From Bacteroidota bacterium (GTDB taxonomy: Bacteria; Bacteroidota; Bacteroidia; Bacteroidales; VadinHA17), in the NCBI GenBank assembly GCA_011049175.1, contig DSCJ01000115.1, positions 6,402 through 70,401 on the forward strand: 64,000 bases of DNA. The letters run 5' to 3'. Position 1 is the first letter of the stretch. Each line of letters opens with the position of its first letter. The position numbers and the translations under genes were made by a program. The notes beneath the pieces are model-generated. The model saw only the letters and a program-made list of their open reading frames with translations. It searched no databases and was not told where the DNA came from. Positions 11,001 through 20,671 of this stretch are shown here, piece after piece.

Positions 11001-12430
11001 TCATAGCCGACAACCTGGCACGTATCCTGATGTCGGTCAAGAATGTTTCCATATCCTATTCGCAAACCCAGGGAACCCTTCTGCCCGGATACCTTCCCGA
11101 AACCCGCTTTTATACGGCCGGCCTGATGGATGTGAACGGCATGCTCTCTCCCGGCTGGGAATTTATTCTGGGTGTACAGGACAGGGATTTCCTGGAAAGA
11201 AGCATCGGAAACGACTGGCTGACCACCGACCCCAGAATGATCTCTCCCTATGTAATGACCCACAATGAAAACTTCAACCTGCGCAGCACCCTTGAACCCA
11301 TCCCCGGCATGCGCATCGATGTAACAGCCACCCGCAGGTTCTCAAAGAACATGAACGAGTATTATACCTATGACGATTCGCTGGGAAGGATCGTTGTTTC
11401 CAATCCCATAACCACCGGAAATTTCAGTATCAGCATGATTACCTGGGGAACCGCCTTCAAAAAAATCTCTTCAGACAACCGGTATGCATCGGAAATTTTC
11501 AACAAAATGAAAGATTATGCTTCCATCATTTCGGCCAGGCTGGCAGCAGAACGGGTGGCCAGTCCGGAACACGGCTATAACCCGAATGCCCACGAAATAA
11601 TAGAAGGAAGGAAATTTTACGACGGGTACGGACCCACCTCCCAGCAGGTGCTGATCCCGGCATTCATGGCAGCATATACCAACCGCGACCCTGACAGGAT
11701 CACCATCGATCCCTTCCCGTCTCTGTTGCATATCATGCCGAACTGGCGACTAACTTACGAAGGACTTTCAAACATTGAATTCCTGCAAACCTTTATCCGC
11801 TCCATTACCATCAACCACCAGTACCGCTCCTCATACGATGTGGCGGGCTACTCCAGCAACTTGGAATACGAGCCCGGGGAAGACGGCTTCAGCTATGTAC
11901 GCGATATGACCGGAGGGAATTTTCTGCCTCCCAATGAGATCAGTGCGGTCTCTATCAATGAGCAGTTCAGCCCCCTGATCAATTTTGAAATGAACTGGGT
12001 TAACAGCCTCACCTCCCGCATAGAATACCGGAAATCACGGTCCCTGGCACTCAGTTTCGCTAACAACCAGCTGACCGATGTTATGAACAATGAGCTCATT
12101 ATTGGAGCCGGTTACCGTTTCGATGAAGTGCAGTTCATCATCCGTACCGGAGGGGGAGAAAAACAATTCAAGAGCGACCTGAATGTAAGACTTGACCTTT
12201 CGGTGCGCGACAGCAAAACCGTGCTGAGAAAGCTGGTAGAAGAACAGGATCAGATCACGGCAGGCCAGCAACGCATTGCCCTTCAACTCAGTGCCGACTA
12301 CGTGCTGAGCGACCGGTTCAACCTGCGGCTGTTCTTCGACAAGGACATTTCCAATCCCTATGTTTACAGAACTTTCCCCACCAGCAATACCAATTTCGGC
12401 TTCAGTGTCAGGTTTACCCTGGCCCAGTAG
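5003..12430 (+). CDS. sprA: T9SS outer-membrane translocon SprA/Sov
   Basis: 2475 aa with signal peptide. SprA-like segments (FDFENKTKLEYSGHEDEIIKKIEAG, YIDDFEGS, EVWMNELRL, AVSINEQFSPLI). ruvA-sprA-gcvH order is typical of Bacteroidota. Confidence 0.93.
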   Translation: MHRKVKYICILTLGLWAGQVAGWFASPVNAQDPRQDTTRIPPPDLPYPIPVRSHTLPGKKVESPLFLKNPSNFETRVDYDTETNRYIIYETVGGLEIDLPRVMTPEEYRQYRYDQIMREYWRLHASGDESAGASSLIPKIYVESEVFDKIFGTSTIDIKPQGTAELIFGINSSRIDNPQLSEKLRRVTTFDFQEKIQMNVTGSIGDKMKLGVNYNTEATFDFENKTKLEYSGHEDEIIKKIEAGDVTLPLSGSLITGSQSLFGLKTELQFGRLTVTSVFSQQKGETSVIEVKGGAQQNEFEVFVDEYDANRHFFLSHYFRERYNEALANLPVINSPVQITRVEVWVTNKNSDFENSRNIVAFMDLGENERIHNAYFTPDPAYPFPDNRSNSLYDEMTGPYNVRDISTVSQVLDGFPAADFSIGQDFEKIENARKLAPNEYTFHPTLGYISLNAVLHSDEVLAVAYEFRANGKVYQVGEFSFDGINAPDALILKLLKGTNLTPKLPTWDLMMKNIYAIGAYQVNPQNFEMNIIYMDDQAGTGINYIREGDIKDQILLRVMNLDNLNSQMDPYPDGMFDFIEGVTILPSNGRVIFPVLEPFGSYLREKIGNDALADKYVFEELYDSTLARAIQVAEKNKFRLQGTYQSSVSSEIPLNALNVPQGSVVVTAGGIQLKENIDYTVDYTLGRVNILNTGLLESGTPIRISLESNQLFNIQTKTLVGSHFDYRISDNFNVGATILNLTERPLTQKVNIGNEPISNTIWGVNSSFHTEAPFITRMVDFLPFVNTNQPSSITFFGEFAHLIPGHSRAIEKQGITYIDDFEGSETSIDLKSIPPWVHASTPQGQPDMFPEGALSNNLAYGFNRARLAWYVIDPLFLRNNSSTPAHIKNNPDLQSSHYVREVFEKEIWPNKESPSGIPTNIAVLNLSFYPREKGPYNYDTGPSMYSAGLDPSGYLSSPETRWGGIMREVPIKDFETSNIQFIEFWLMDPFVEDSLNPGGELYINLGNVSEDILRDGRKSFENGLPTSPEEEALMDTTVWGRVPKTQSLVKAFDQAARKQQDIGLDGLNNEQEQEFYNDYVQQISSQVSDPAMREELINDPAQDDFHYFRGSDYDAMELGILERYKKYNGLEGNSPAFEETTEDYPTSGSTLPNEEDINRDNTLSETESYYQYKVDIRQDFFDVGRNYIINRERATVEFANGKQSSVDWYQFRIPVTDFERIVGNIQDFKSIRFVRLFLKGFEKETHLRFARFELIRGEWRKYNLSIWEGGERETTEELTDASFEIGSVNIEENGGKDPVNYVLPPGITRVIDPTNPELRQLNEQSIVLKVRDLADGDARAAFRNVNLDIRQYKRLEMEVHAEALPGINLQDDEIHVFIRLGSDYRNNFYEYEIPVKLTPPKPPGGYSNESADDRRIVWPEENRFDIPLELFQDVKQTRNNEMQNPANRVSVNDLFSMIVDGRRVSVTGNPNLSNIRTIMIGIRNPSQQRNQASDDGLPKSAEVWMNELRLTHFNEEGGWAANARVTTRLADLGSIDIAGSTSTPGFGSIEKKVNERSKETIMQYDISSNLELGKFLPDALNFRIPMYIGFSEGIINPQYNPLDPDIPLRKALNNAETRAERDSILKNSQDITRRKSINFTNVRIEKRQGKPHFWDISNFAFSYSYHETYHRDIKTDFHIQKNYRGTINYIYNARPKPVVPFQQSQLFRRPIFRLIRDFNFNYMPSHISLRTDMYRYYEEKKLRKIDHPDLRIEPTFRKDFEWNTYFDLKYDLTRALKIDFSSSNTARIDEPEGGVDRERYEDGYTLWKDSVLTNLKNMGRTISYHHSLNVNYTLPINKIPLFNWITVNARYNATFGWDAGPQFADTSDIELGNTIKNSNTGQLSGQLNMNNLYNKVGFLKKVNDKYRNNRRVDTREKEYKTVTYERKGVYISDNRPRSIVHNLKTEDIQVTIFDENNREIDLDVEIMDERRIRINSDTIYRGTRVVVEGQVEKGESVLTLIADNLARILMSVKNVSISYSQTQGTLLPGYLPETRFYTAGLMDVNGMLSPGWEFILGVQDRDFLERSIGNDWLTTDPRMISPYVMTHNENFNLRSTLEPIPGMRIDVTATRRFSKNMNEYYTYDDSLGRIVVSNPITTGNFSISMITWGTAFKKISSDNRYASEIFNKMKDYASIISARLAAERVASPEHGYNPNAHEIIEGRKFYDGYGPTSQQVLIPAFMAAYTNRDPDRITIDPFPSLLHIMPNWRLTYEGLSNIEFLQTFIRSITINHQYRSSYDVAGYSSNLEYEPGEDGFSYVRDMTGGNFLPPNEISAVSINEQFSPLINFEMNWVNSLTSRIEYRKSRSLALSFANNQLTDVMNNELIIGAGYRFDEVQFIIRTGGGEKQFKSDLNVRLDLSVRDSKTVLRKLVEEQDQITAGQQRIALQLSADYVLSDRFNLRLFFDKDISNPYVYRTFPTSNTNFGFSVRFTLAQ

Positions 12431-12452
12431 TTTGCTTTTCTTAAATTTTATG

Positions 12453-12460
12453 TATTTTTG
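12453..12460 (+). promoter_or_regulatory. -7 promoter box for gcvH
   Basis: TATTTTTG about 30 nt upstream of the ATG. Confidence 0.5.
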
Positions 12461-12488
12461 GTTCAGCCAACCCTTAAAAACCTGAATT

Positions 12489-12869
12489 ATGAATATACCA
12501 AAAAACCTGAAGTACACAGAAGACCATGAATGGATACGAGTAGAAGGGAAGGAAGCCTTTGTGGGGGTAACCGATTTTGCCCAGGGAGAACTGGGTGATG
12601 TGGTATTCATTGAAATTGAAACCGCCGGGGAATCGCTCGGCAAAGGAGAGGCCTTCGGCACCATCGAAGCGGTAAAAACGGTAAGTGACCTGTTCATGCC
12701 GGTATCGGGAAAAGTGGAGGAAGTCAATCCTGAGCTGGAAAACAACCCGGAGATCGTAAACAAGGATCCTTACGGGAAAGGATGGATGATCAAAATCACC
12801 CCCTCCGATCTGTCGGAACTGGACAGCCTGCTCTCCCCGGAAGAGTATGAAGCTTTGCTGAACAAATAA
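12489..12869 (+). CDS. gcvH: Glycine cleavage system H protein
   Basis: Motifs HEWI, GVTDFAQGELGD, lipoyl-lysine EAVKTVSD and DPYGKGW. Confidence 0.97.
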   Translation: MNIPKNLKYTEDHEWIRVEGKEAFVGVTDFAQGELGDVVFIEIETAGESLGKGEAFGTIEAVKTVSDLFMPVSGKVEEVNPELENNPEIVNKDPYGKGWMIKITPSDLSELDSLLSPEEYEALLNK

Positions 12870-12887
12870 TATACGAATCGGTTTCCC

Positions 12888-12922
12888 AACCCCGGCGGTT
12901 TTCCACCGGGGTTTTTTATTTT
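12888..12922 (+). terminator. Intrinsic terminator after gcvH
   Basis: AACCCCGGCGG-TTTT-CCACCGGGGTT followed by a T-tract. Confidence 0.8.
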
Positions 12923-12937
12923 TACTGTAAAAATACC

Positions 12938-14491
12938 GTGCCGTCTTTCACCAGTCGAAAAGCCCTGATAGCCGCCTTTCTGTTCCTGGGGCTGTTCCTG
13001 CTGCTTCCCACCAACAACCCGGGGATTGATGCCTGGTATTATGCCGCTTCGGTGAAATATCAGGGAGAACTTTTCCATCCTCACCACCTGTTGTATAACG
13101 CCACCTGTTACCTCGTTGCCCGGCTGTTTTCCATTGCCGGGGCAACTCCCGGCACACTTTCCCTGATGAACGCGCTGAATGCTTTCATTGCCTTCCTGAT
13201 CCTTCTGGTTATGATCCGGATCATACGAATGCTGTCAGACAGTGCGGATATGGACCTTGCCGGGGTGGTCTTTACAGGAAGCTGTTTCGCCCTGATGCGG
13301 TATGCCACGGAAAGTGAAACCTATCTGTTTCCCCTGCTCCTGGGTCTGATGGCCAGTATGTTTTTTCTGCATTACCGGCACTCAGGGAGGATCCGGGATG
13401 TGGTACTCTCCGGATTGCTGGCTTCCCTGGGTGTACTATACCACCAGACGGGCATATTCTGGTGGATGGGATTGCTGGCACTCACACTGTTCAATTCCGG
13501 TAAGAAAAAAGCTGCTCTGGGCTATGCCGCCACTGGCCTTATCATTCCCCTGGTCTACCTGGGTGTATGGTTCAGCATGAACGGGTTAACGGGAATAAAG
13601 CCCCTGACAGGTTTTATCTTCCGGTCATACCTGGAAGGTGATGCTTCCCTTTCCGCTGATATCACAGGCTTTCTTCTCGGCCTGGCGGGGCTGGTCAGAA
13701 GCTTTCTGCAGGTACACGGCAACATGTGGCTGCTTTTCAGGCACAGTCTGTGGTACCTTTTCCCGGCCCTGCTGGCGGTTGCCGTATGGAGTGTGCTTCT
13801 TCTCCGCCGGCCATGGAACCGGATCACCCGGAAGCACGGACAGGAAAGGTTCGCCACGGTGCATCTGTCCATATCCGTCGCCCTGTGGATATTTGCCGTA
13901 CTGTCGTCGGGAAATGTGGAATTTATGGTAGCTATCCCTGCTTTGCTCTTCATATCATCCATCGCAGTATTCCGGTTCTCTGTGCACACGGTTTTGCTAA
14001 CCGGTACGGGCCTGCTGATATGGAACACAGGATACGGACTGATACCGGCCCGCCTGTACCGGTACGAGCCGGTCAGGGAACTGGCCGCGCGGGTAGCCGA
14101 ACATCCGGGCGACCTGTTCATTCTGAAAGAAGACCAGCGTATACAGGCTGCTTATTATTACCTTACGGGCAAGGAAACGGCGCCGGGAATATTCAGGCCC
14201 CCCTCCGACCTGCCGCGCCGTGGCATAACCGCCGGTTCACTTCACCGGCGAATCGAACAAACCCTTGAACGGGGAGGAAATGTGTGGACCGATTGCCTTG
14301 AAAGGCCCGTGGTGTTGAACCGCGCGACCCTGGTATCAGGTCAGGATACAACTTTCTTCAGCAGGTACCTTACGGTGCCCTCCGACACACTACATACTTT
14401 TTACGGAAATACCATCATCCACCGGGTGGATCTGAAAAACGGGCAGTCTAAAGGGTTTTCTTCACTTCCACTTCCTGATAGCCCTCGATGA
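12938..14491 (+). CDS. Polytopic membrane protein, probable GT-C-fold glycosyltransferase (ArnT/DUF2723-like)
   Basis: About 11-13 hydrophobic segments. Acidic loop after TM1 (IDAWYY), HPHHLLY and SETY motifs, soluble C-terminal domain. Confidence 0.55.
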   Translation: MPSFTSRKALIAAFLFLGLFLLLPTNNPGIDAWYYAASVKYQGELFHPHHLLYNATCYLVARLFSIAGATPGTLSLMNALNAFIAFLILLVMIRIIRMLSDSADMDLAGVVFTGSCFALMRYATESETYLFPLLLGLMASMFFLHYRHSGRIRDVVLSGLLASLGVLYHQTGIFWWMGLLALTLFNSGKKKAALGYAATGLIIPLVYLGVWFSMNGLTGIKPLTGFIFRSYLEGDASLSADITGFLLGLAGLVRSFLQVHGNMWLLFRHSLWYLFPALLAVAVWSVLLLRRPWNRITRKHGQERFATVHLSISVALWIFAVLSSGNVEFMVAIPALLFISSIAVFRFSVHTVLLTGTGLLIWNTGYGLIPARLYRYEPVRELAARVAEHPGDLFILKEDQRIQAAYYYLTGKETAPGIFRPPSDLPRRGITAGSLHRRIEQTLERGGNVWTDCLERPVVLNRATLVSGQDTTFFSRYLTVPSDTLHTFYGNTIIHRVDLKNGQSKGFSSLPLPDSPR

Positions 14492-17348
14492 TATCTCCTA
14501 CCTTGATGTCGTTGAAATTCTGGATGTTCAATCCACATTCATAGCCCGAGGCCACTTCTTTCACATCCTCCTTGAATCGTTTCAGGGAACCGAGCTCGCC
14601 GGTATACACCACGATTCCTTCGCGTATCACACGCACTTTGGTGTTCCGTGTAATTTTCCCTTCTCTCACAATACAGCCGGCCACGGTACCCACCTTGGTG
14701 ATGCGGAATGTTTCTCTTACCTCCAGGGTGGCTACAATCTCCTCCTTAATTTCGGGAGAAAGCATACCTTCCATGGCGTCTTTGATCTCATTGATGGCAT
14801 CGTAAATAATGGAATAGAGCCGTATATCGATCTGCTCTTTTTCCGCCAGCCTGCGAGCACCCAGAGAGGGACGCACCTGGAACCCCACAATAATGGCATT
14901 GGAAGCGGCGGCCAGCATCACGTCGGTTTCAGAAATCTGGCCTACAGCTTTGTGTATCACATTCACCTGGATATTTTCGGTTGACAGTTTGATCAGGGCA
15001 TCGGAAATGGCTTCCACCGATCCGTCCACATCTCCCTTCACAATGATATTCAGTTCCTGGAAGTTGCCAATGGCAATCCGGCGGCCGATCTCATCAAGGG
15101 TAATATGCTTGGTGGTACGAAGCTCCTGTTCGCGCTGCAATTGTTCTCTTTTGGTGGCAATCTCCTTGGCTTCCCGGTCGCTTTCCATCACATGGAAATA
15201 TTCCCCTGCCTGGGGTGCCCCGTTGAGGCCCAGAACCATCACAGGAGTGGAAGGGCCAGCTTCTTCGATTTTTTTGCCCCTTTCATTGAACAGGGCCTTG
15301 ATATGTCCGTAATACGAACCGGCCAGGATCACGTCGCCCATCCTCAGAGTCCCGGCTTTCACCAGCAGGGTGGCAATGTATCCCCGGCCCCTGTCGAGCG
15401 ACGATTCCACCACGGTACCAACGGCCCGTTTGTTGGGATTGGCTTTCAAATCGAGCATTTCTGCCTCGAGCAACACTTTCTCGAGCAGATCGTCCACATT
15501 CTTCCCTGTTTTGGCTGAAATTTCCTGCGACTGGTACTTGCCGCCCCAGTCTTCAACCATCAGGTTCATATTGGCCAGCTCTTCCTTGATCTTTTCCGTA
15601 TTGGCATTGGGCTTATCGATCTTGTTAATGGCAAAGACAATGGGTACCCCGGCGGCCTGAGCATGGTTTATGGCCTCAACGGTCTGGGGCATAACCCCGT
15701 CGTCGGCAGCCACCACAATAATAGCCACATCGGTTACCTGGGCTCCCCTGGCACGCATGGCCGTAAAGGCTTCGTGCCCGGGTGTGTCAAGAAAAGTGAT
15801 CATTTTCCCGTCTTCGCGGGTCACACTGTAAGCCCCGATATGCTGAGTGATCCCTCCGGCTTCGCCGGCCACTACATTTGCACTCCGGATATAATCGAGC
15901 AGCTTGGTCTTTCCATGGTCCACGTGCCCCATCACGGTGACGATGGGAGGCCTGGGTTGCAGGTCTTCCGGTCTCTCCTCTTCCTCACGGATGCCTTCCT
16001 GCAGATCCACTGACACAAATTCCACCTTGTATCCGAATTCATCGGCCACAACCGACATGGTTTCGGCATCGAGCCTCTGGTTGATGGAAACGAACAGGCC
16101 CAGGTTCATGCAGGTGGCAATCACCTCATTAACAGGAACGTCCATCATATTAGCCAGTTCGTTAACCGAGACGAACTCGGTGACCTGCAATACGTTTTTT
16201 TCTTTTTCTTTCTGCTCGGCTTCTTCCCGGGCCCGCTGGACAATGGCTTCCCTTTTCTCACGGCGGTATTTGGAACCTTTCGATTTCCCCTTGGCGGTTA
16301 ACCGGGCCAGTGTGTCTTTCACCTGCTTCTGAACATCTTCCTCGTTGATCTCGGGGCGGAGGGCTTTTTTCTTCTTCCTGGCTCCTTTTTTGGTTTTCTT
16401 CTGTCCTTCCTCTCCGGCAAGATCGGCCTCCACCTTCTCCTTATCCTTGCGGATGCGTTTCCGTTTCTTTTTCCTGAAATCCTGGTCGCTGGAAGAAGCT
16501 ACCGGCTTTTTCTTTTCCGGTTCTGCCGGGAGATCAATTTTCCCCACGACCGTGGGACCTGTCAATTTTTCAATTCTCGATTCGATAAAATCGTCTTTCG
16601 GTTCTTTTTCTTTTTCAACCCGGGCAGGACCTTTCGCTTTTTCTTTTTCTCCGGCAGCTTTTTTCTTTTCTTCAACCTTTGCAGCAGGTTTTTCTGCTTC
16701 TTTTTCGGGCTCTTTCGCCTTTTCTTCCTTCTCTTTTTGTTCCCCTGGTTCCCCCGCGGCTTCTTTCTCTTTCTTCTTCTCTCCCGGTTTTTCTTTCTTC
16801 TCTTTCTTCCGGTCTACCTCTTCCAGATCAATTTTTCCTACTACCCTTGGAGCCTTTTTTCCTGTTCCAGGTTCTTCTTCCTTTTCAGCCGGTTTCTCAG
16901 GAGCAGTCTCCTTTTCTTTCTCAGCCTTTTCAACGGCGGCTTTTTTCTCTTCGGCAGGAGCCTTTTCCCCGGCTGCGGAAGCTGGGGATTTTTTATCCGG
17001 TACTTCTTCCTTCTTGCCCTTCACCGAGGTACTGCTCATATCTTTTATCAGGACCTCCTCCTCCTCGTCTTCTTCTTCGGGCGACCTGCCTTTCTCCACA
17101 TCCTCCAGGGAAATAGACTCCCTGGATTCCCTGAGGTTCCTCATGCTGAGCTTTTCCGATTCCTTTTTTACCGTTATATCCGAACTGTACTCGGCCATCA
17201 GGATATCATGGATCTCAGAAGGAACCTTGGTATTGGGATTCGGATCAATATCAATCCCCTTCTTCCTCAGGAAATCAACAATGGTGGATATTCCCACATT
17301 GAATTCCCGGGCAAGCTTACTTAATCGGATTCCTTTGTTTTCACTCAT
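14448..17348 (-). CDS. infB: Translation initiation factor IF-2
   Basis: Motifs [30 protein letters not shown] and SLKRFKEDV; long K/E-rich N-terminus. Confidence 0.98.
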   Translation of the reverse strand: MSENKGIRLSKLAREFNVGISTIVDFLRKKGIDIDPNPNTKVPSEIHDILMAEYSSDITVKKESEKLSMRNLRESRESISLEDVEKGRSPEEEDEEEEVLIKDMSSTSVKGKKEEVPDKKSPASAAGEKAPAEEKKAAVEKAEKEKETAPEKPAEKEEEPGTGKKAPRVVGKIDLEEVDRKKEKKEKPGEKKKEKEAAGEPGEQKEKEEKAKEPEKEAEKPAAKVEEKKKAAGEKEKAKGPARVEKEKEPKDDFIESRIEKLTGPTVVGKIDLPAEPEKKKPVASSSDQDFRKKKRKRIRKDKEKVEADLAGEEGQKKTKKGARKKKKALRPEINEEDVQKQVKDTLARLTAKGKSKGSKYRREKREAIVQRAREEAEQKEKEKNVLQVTEFVSVNELANMMDVPVNEVIATCMNLGLFVSINQRLDAETMSVVADEFGYKVEFVSVDLQEGIREEEERPEDLQPRPPIVTVMGHVDHGKTKLLDYIRSANVVAGEAGGITQHIGAYSVTREDGKMITFLDTPGHEAFTAMRARGAQVTDVAIIVVAADDGVMPQTVEAINHAQAAGVPIVFAINKIDKPNANTEKIKEELANMNLMVEDWGGKYQSQEISAKTGKNVDDLLEKVLLEAEMLDLKANPNKRAVGTVVESSLDRGRGYIATLLVKAGTLRMGDVILAGSYYGHIKALFNERGKKIEEAGPSTPVMVLGLNGAPQAGEYFHVMESDREAKEIATKREQLQREQELRTTKHITLDEIGRRIAIGNFQELNIIVKGDVDGSVEAISDALIKLSTENIQVNVIHKAVGQISETDVMLAAASNAIIVGFQVRPSLGARRLAEKEQIDIRLYSIIYDAINEIKDAMEGMLSPEIKEEIVATLEVRETFRITKVGTVAGCIVREGKITRNTKVRVIREGIVVYTGELGSLKRFKEDVKEVASGYECGLNIQNFNDIKVGDIIEGYQEVEVKKTL

Positions 17349-17427
17349 ATATTCTCTCCGAAGATATTTGTCTCAGTCCACTGTTCCCCGCAAAAAAGTG
17401 GCGCTAAGTTAAAATTTTATTGTTAAT

Positions 17428-18666
17428 TTATTCAAATTCAGCTTTTAAAATTTGAAGCACCTCCCGGATGGTTTCTTCTTCCAGATCGGTTCTTTTCACA
17501 AGGTCTTCCACCGTCAACTCCAGTACGCTTTTGGCCGTATCGCAGCCAATAGCCTTCAGTTCGTCGATAATCCATCCGTCAATTTCATCGCCAAATTCCT
17601 CCAGGTTCACATCTTCCTCGTCTTCTTCGGCATTTTCACGGTATACATCTATTTCATAACCGGTAAGCTGACTGGCCAGCCGGATGTTCAGTCCCCCCTT
17701 ACCAATAGCAAGCGATACTTCGCTCGCTTTCAGGTACACCTCGGCCCGTTTCTCCGCTTCATTCAGCTTGATGGAACTGATTTTAGCCGGGCTCAGGGCA
17801 CGCTGTATGAATAACTGGGTATTGTTGGTAAAGTTAATCACATCAATGTTTTCGTTTTTCAGTTCCCTCACAATGCCGTGTATCCTCGATCCTTTCATCC
17901 CCACACAGGCTCCCACGGGATCGATCCTTTCATCGTACGACTCAACCGCCACTTTGGCCCGCTCGCCGGGAATACGCACAATTTTTTTTATGGTGATCAG
18001 GCCGTCGAAGATTTCCGGCACTTCCAGCTCGAATAAACGCTCGAGGAATACCGGCGATGTTCTGGAGAGAATGATCAGGGGAGTGTTGTTTTTCATTTCT
18101 ACTTTGATCACCACCGCCCGAACGGTATCGCCTTTGCGATAATAATCCGAAGGGATCTGCTCTGACTTTGGAATGATCAGCTCGTTCCCTTCGTCGTCCA
18201 GCACCAGCACTTCCCGCTTCCACACCTGATACACCTCCCCCGTTACAATTTCTCCGATCCTGTCCTTGTATTTGTTGTACACATTGTTCTTTTCCAGGTC
18301 CATGATCCGCGCACTGAGGTTCTGCCGCAGCGCCAGGATGGCTCTTCTTCCGAAATCATGCAGCTTCACTTCATCGGTGACCTCTTCCCCCACTTCATAA
18401 TCTTCGTCTATTTTTTTTGCTTCCGAAATGGATATCTGCAGGTTCGTATCTTCCACCTCGCTGTCTTCCACTACTTCCCGGTTCCTCCATATCTCAAAGT
18501 CCCCTTTGTCAATGTTGATGATCACATCAAAATTTTCATCCGTGCCGTACTTTTTCATCAGGAGATTTCTGAAAACATCCTCCAGCACACTCATCATTGT
18601 GGCCCGGTCAATGTTTTTGAGTTCCTTAAACTCTGAAAACGTATCGATCAGATTCAGATTATCCAT
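17428..18666 (-). CDS. nusA: Transcription factor NusA
   Basis: Motifs LFELEVPEI, IDPVGACVGMKGSRI and AIGKGGLNIRLAS. Confidence 0.98.
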   Translation of the reverse strand: MDNLNLIDTFSEFKELKNIDRATMMSVLEDVFRNLLMKKYGTDENFDVIINIDKGDFEIWRNREVVEDSEVEDTNLQISISEAKKIDEDYEVGEEVTDEVKLHDFGRRAILALRQNLSARIMDLEKNNVYNKYKDRIGEIVTGEVYQVWKREVLVLDDEGNELIIPKSEQIPSDYYRKGDTVRAVVIKVEMKNNTPLIILSRTSPVFLERLFELEVPEIFDGLITIKKIVRIPGERAKVAVESYDERIDPVGACVGMKGSRIHGIVRELKNENIDVINFTNNTQLFIQRALSPAKISSIKLNEAEKRAEVYLKASEVSLAIGKGGLNIRLASQLTGYEIDVYRENAEEDEEDVNLEEFGDEIDGWIIDELKAIGCDTAKSVLELTVEDLVKRTDLEEETIREVLQILKAEFE

Positions 18667-18686
18667 TGTTTTCCGTATAAATGGTT

Positions 18687-19154
18687 TTATTTAAATTCCA
18701 CAGCAATCTTTGTCGACTTCACCTCGTCGAAAGCAAACCACCGTTCGGCAGCTTCTTCCTGTTTTTTCTTCTTCCCTCCGGCTCCCGTTGCTTCCCGTGT
18801 CAGTAGAGAGAACCCGCTGTCGCTCACACCCAGCAGCTTCCCCTTGAATTTTTCCCCGTCTTTCATCACCACTTCCACATTCCTCGAAATATTCTTTTCG
18901 TACTGCTCCTTCACCCGGAACGGCATAGTCAGCCCGGGCGAAGAAACCGTCAGTTCCATATCCTCCAGCTCGCCCTCCAGGGTATAGAGGAGGCTCTTTG
19001 ACAGTTCCGCACATTCGTCAATAGTGATCCCGTTCTCACGGTCCACATAAACGGTTACCTTTTTCCCGGGAATTATCTGTACATCCACCAGGAAAAAATC
19101 ATCATCCCAGAAACTCTTTTCAATTGCTTCCTGTACTCTCTCTCTGGTTACCAT
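18687..19154 (-). CDS. rimP: Ribosome maturation factor RimP
   Basis: GITIDECAELS and LTVSSPGL; first gene of rimP-nusA-infB. Confidence 0.93.
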   Translation of the reverse strand: MVTRERVQEAIEKSFWDDDFFLVDVQIIPGKKVTVYVDRENGITIDECAELSKSLLYTLEGELEDMELTVSSPGLTMPFRVKEQYEKNISRNVEVVMKDGEKFKGKLLGVSDSGFSLLTREATGAGGKKKKQEEAAERWFAFDEVKSTKIAVEFK

Positions 19155-19164
19155 GATATATTTC

Positions 19165-19192
19165 CAATAAAATAGGGGACACTGTCCCCTAT
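19165..19192 (-). terminator. Terminator-like hairpin in the rimP 5' leader (candidate attenuator)
   Basis: Minus strand reads ATAGGGGAC-AGT-GTCCCCTAT-TTTATT, between the promoter and the ATG. Confidence 0.65.
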
Positions 19193-19215
19193 GAAAACTT
19201 CCGCACTATCAGCCG

Positions 19216-19223
19216 CAAAAGTA
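19216..19223 (-). promoter_or_regulatory. -7 promoter box for rimP-nusA-infB
   Basis: Reverse complement is TACTTTTG. Confidence 0.7.
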
Positions 19224-19377
19224 CGAATAATCCTTGAAATCACAAAATTATTTTCCACCTTTGCCATTGGACTGTCGTGCAGGTTACATGCCGCTGCCGC
19301 CCTGCGGAGATAAGCAACACAGCCGGCTTCATAATTACCTGTCATACAAAACATTAGAACAAACCGCTATTTTTACC

Positions 19378-20637
19378 GTGGAGTCTTCCGCAGCCAAAGG
19401 AAAAATTGTCAACGACCCCGTATACGGGTTTATCCGCATTCCCGCGGGGCTGGTCTTTGAGCTCACCGAGCATCCTTATGTTCAGCGGCTCAGGAGAATC
19501 AGGCAACTGGGGCTGACAGGTTTCGTTTATCCCGGGGCCAACCATACCCGGTTTCAGCATGCCCTGGGGGCCCTGCACCTGATGTCGCAGGCCATTCAGA
19601 GCATACGTTCGAAAGGGACCCCTGTCACCCCGGCCGAAGAGGAAGCCGTATCCACAGCTATCCTGTTGCACGATATCGGCCACGGCCCCTTCTCCCATGC
19701 CCTGGAAAACAGCCTGATGGAAGGCATCCGTCATGAAGACCTCTCCATCCTGCTGATGGAAAAACTGAACCGGGATCTCGATAACAGGTTGAAAACGGCC
19801 CTGCGTATTTTCCGGAACCGGTACCCGAAAAAATTCCTGTTCCAGCTGGTTTCCGGACAACTCGACATGGACCGGATGGATTATCTCCGGCGTGACAGCT
19901 TTTTCACGGGGGTAACCGAAGGAACCATCGGATCCGACCGCATTATCAAAATGCTGAATGTGGTGAACGATCAGCTGGTGGTGGAGATCAAGGGAATCTA
20001 TTCGATAGAAAAGTTCCTGATCGCACGGCGGCTGATGTACTGGCAGGTTTACTTTCACAAAACAGTGATTGTGGCTGAGCAGCTGCTTCTGAAGCTGCTG
20101 CAGAGGGTAAGGGAACTCAGTAACAGGGGCATCCGGGTTTTTGCTACCCCCTCTCTTGATTTTTTTATCCGCGGGAAGATCGAAAAAAAAGACGTATGCC
20201 CATGGACCGGCTCGGAATACCAGCTTGAGATCATCAAACATTTTACCGGGCTCGACGACAACGACCTGCTGGCATCGGCCAAAGTATGGCAGCACCATCC
20301 CGATCCGGTCCTGTCGGAGCTGAGCCGCCGCCTGATCACCCGGAAACTGTTTGCCATTGAAATGCAACCGGGCCCTTTCGAAAGGGGGAAAACCGAAACC
20401 CTTCTGAAAAAGGCCGGCCGGCAATGGGATCTGAACCGGAACGACAGCCGGTATCTGGTGTTTACGGGCAGCATTTCCAACCATGCCTATTCCGCTCACG
20501 ACGAACAGATCAAAATACTCCTCAAGAACGGAAAAACAGCCGACGTAACAGCCGTCTCGGAAATGCTCGGAACGGATGTCCTGTCGAAAAGGGTCAGGAA
20601 ATATTACCTTTGTTATCCGAAAGAGATCAGAACCTGA
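19378..20637 (+). CDS. HD-domain phosphohydrolase (dNTPase-like)
   Basis: Motifs NDPVYG, QRLRRIRQLG, HTRFQHALG, LLHDIGHGPFSH and LDMDRMDYLRRD. GTG at 19378 is the likely start. Confidence 0.88.
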   Translation: MESSAAKGKIVNDPVYGFIRIPAGLVFELTEHPYVQRLRRIRQLGLTGFVYPGANHTRFQHALGALHLMSQAIQSIRSKGTPVTPAEEEAVSTAILLHDIGHGPFSHALENSLMEGIRHEDLSILLMEKLNRDLDNRLKTALRIFRNRYPKKFLFQLVSGQLDMDRMDYLRRDSFFTGVTEGTIGSDRIIKMLNVVNDQLVVEIKGIYSIEKFLIARRLMYWQVYFHKTVIVAEQLLLKLLQRVRELSNRGIRVFATPSLDFFIRGKIEKKDVCPWTGSEYQLEIIKHFTGLDDNDLLASAKVWQHHPDPVLSELSRRLITRKLFAIEMQPGPFERGKTETLLKKAGRQWDLNRNDSRYLVFTGSISNHAYSAHDEQIKILLKNGKTADVTAVSEMLGTDVLSKRVRKYYLCYPKEIRT

Positions 20638-20671
20638 TCATCCATTAACTGTTGTTTAAAATCATAAAACC

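Noticed and set aside
16345-17412. Long F/S-rich plus-strand ORFs
   Set aside because: They are antisense shadows of the K/E-rich IF-2 N-terminus.
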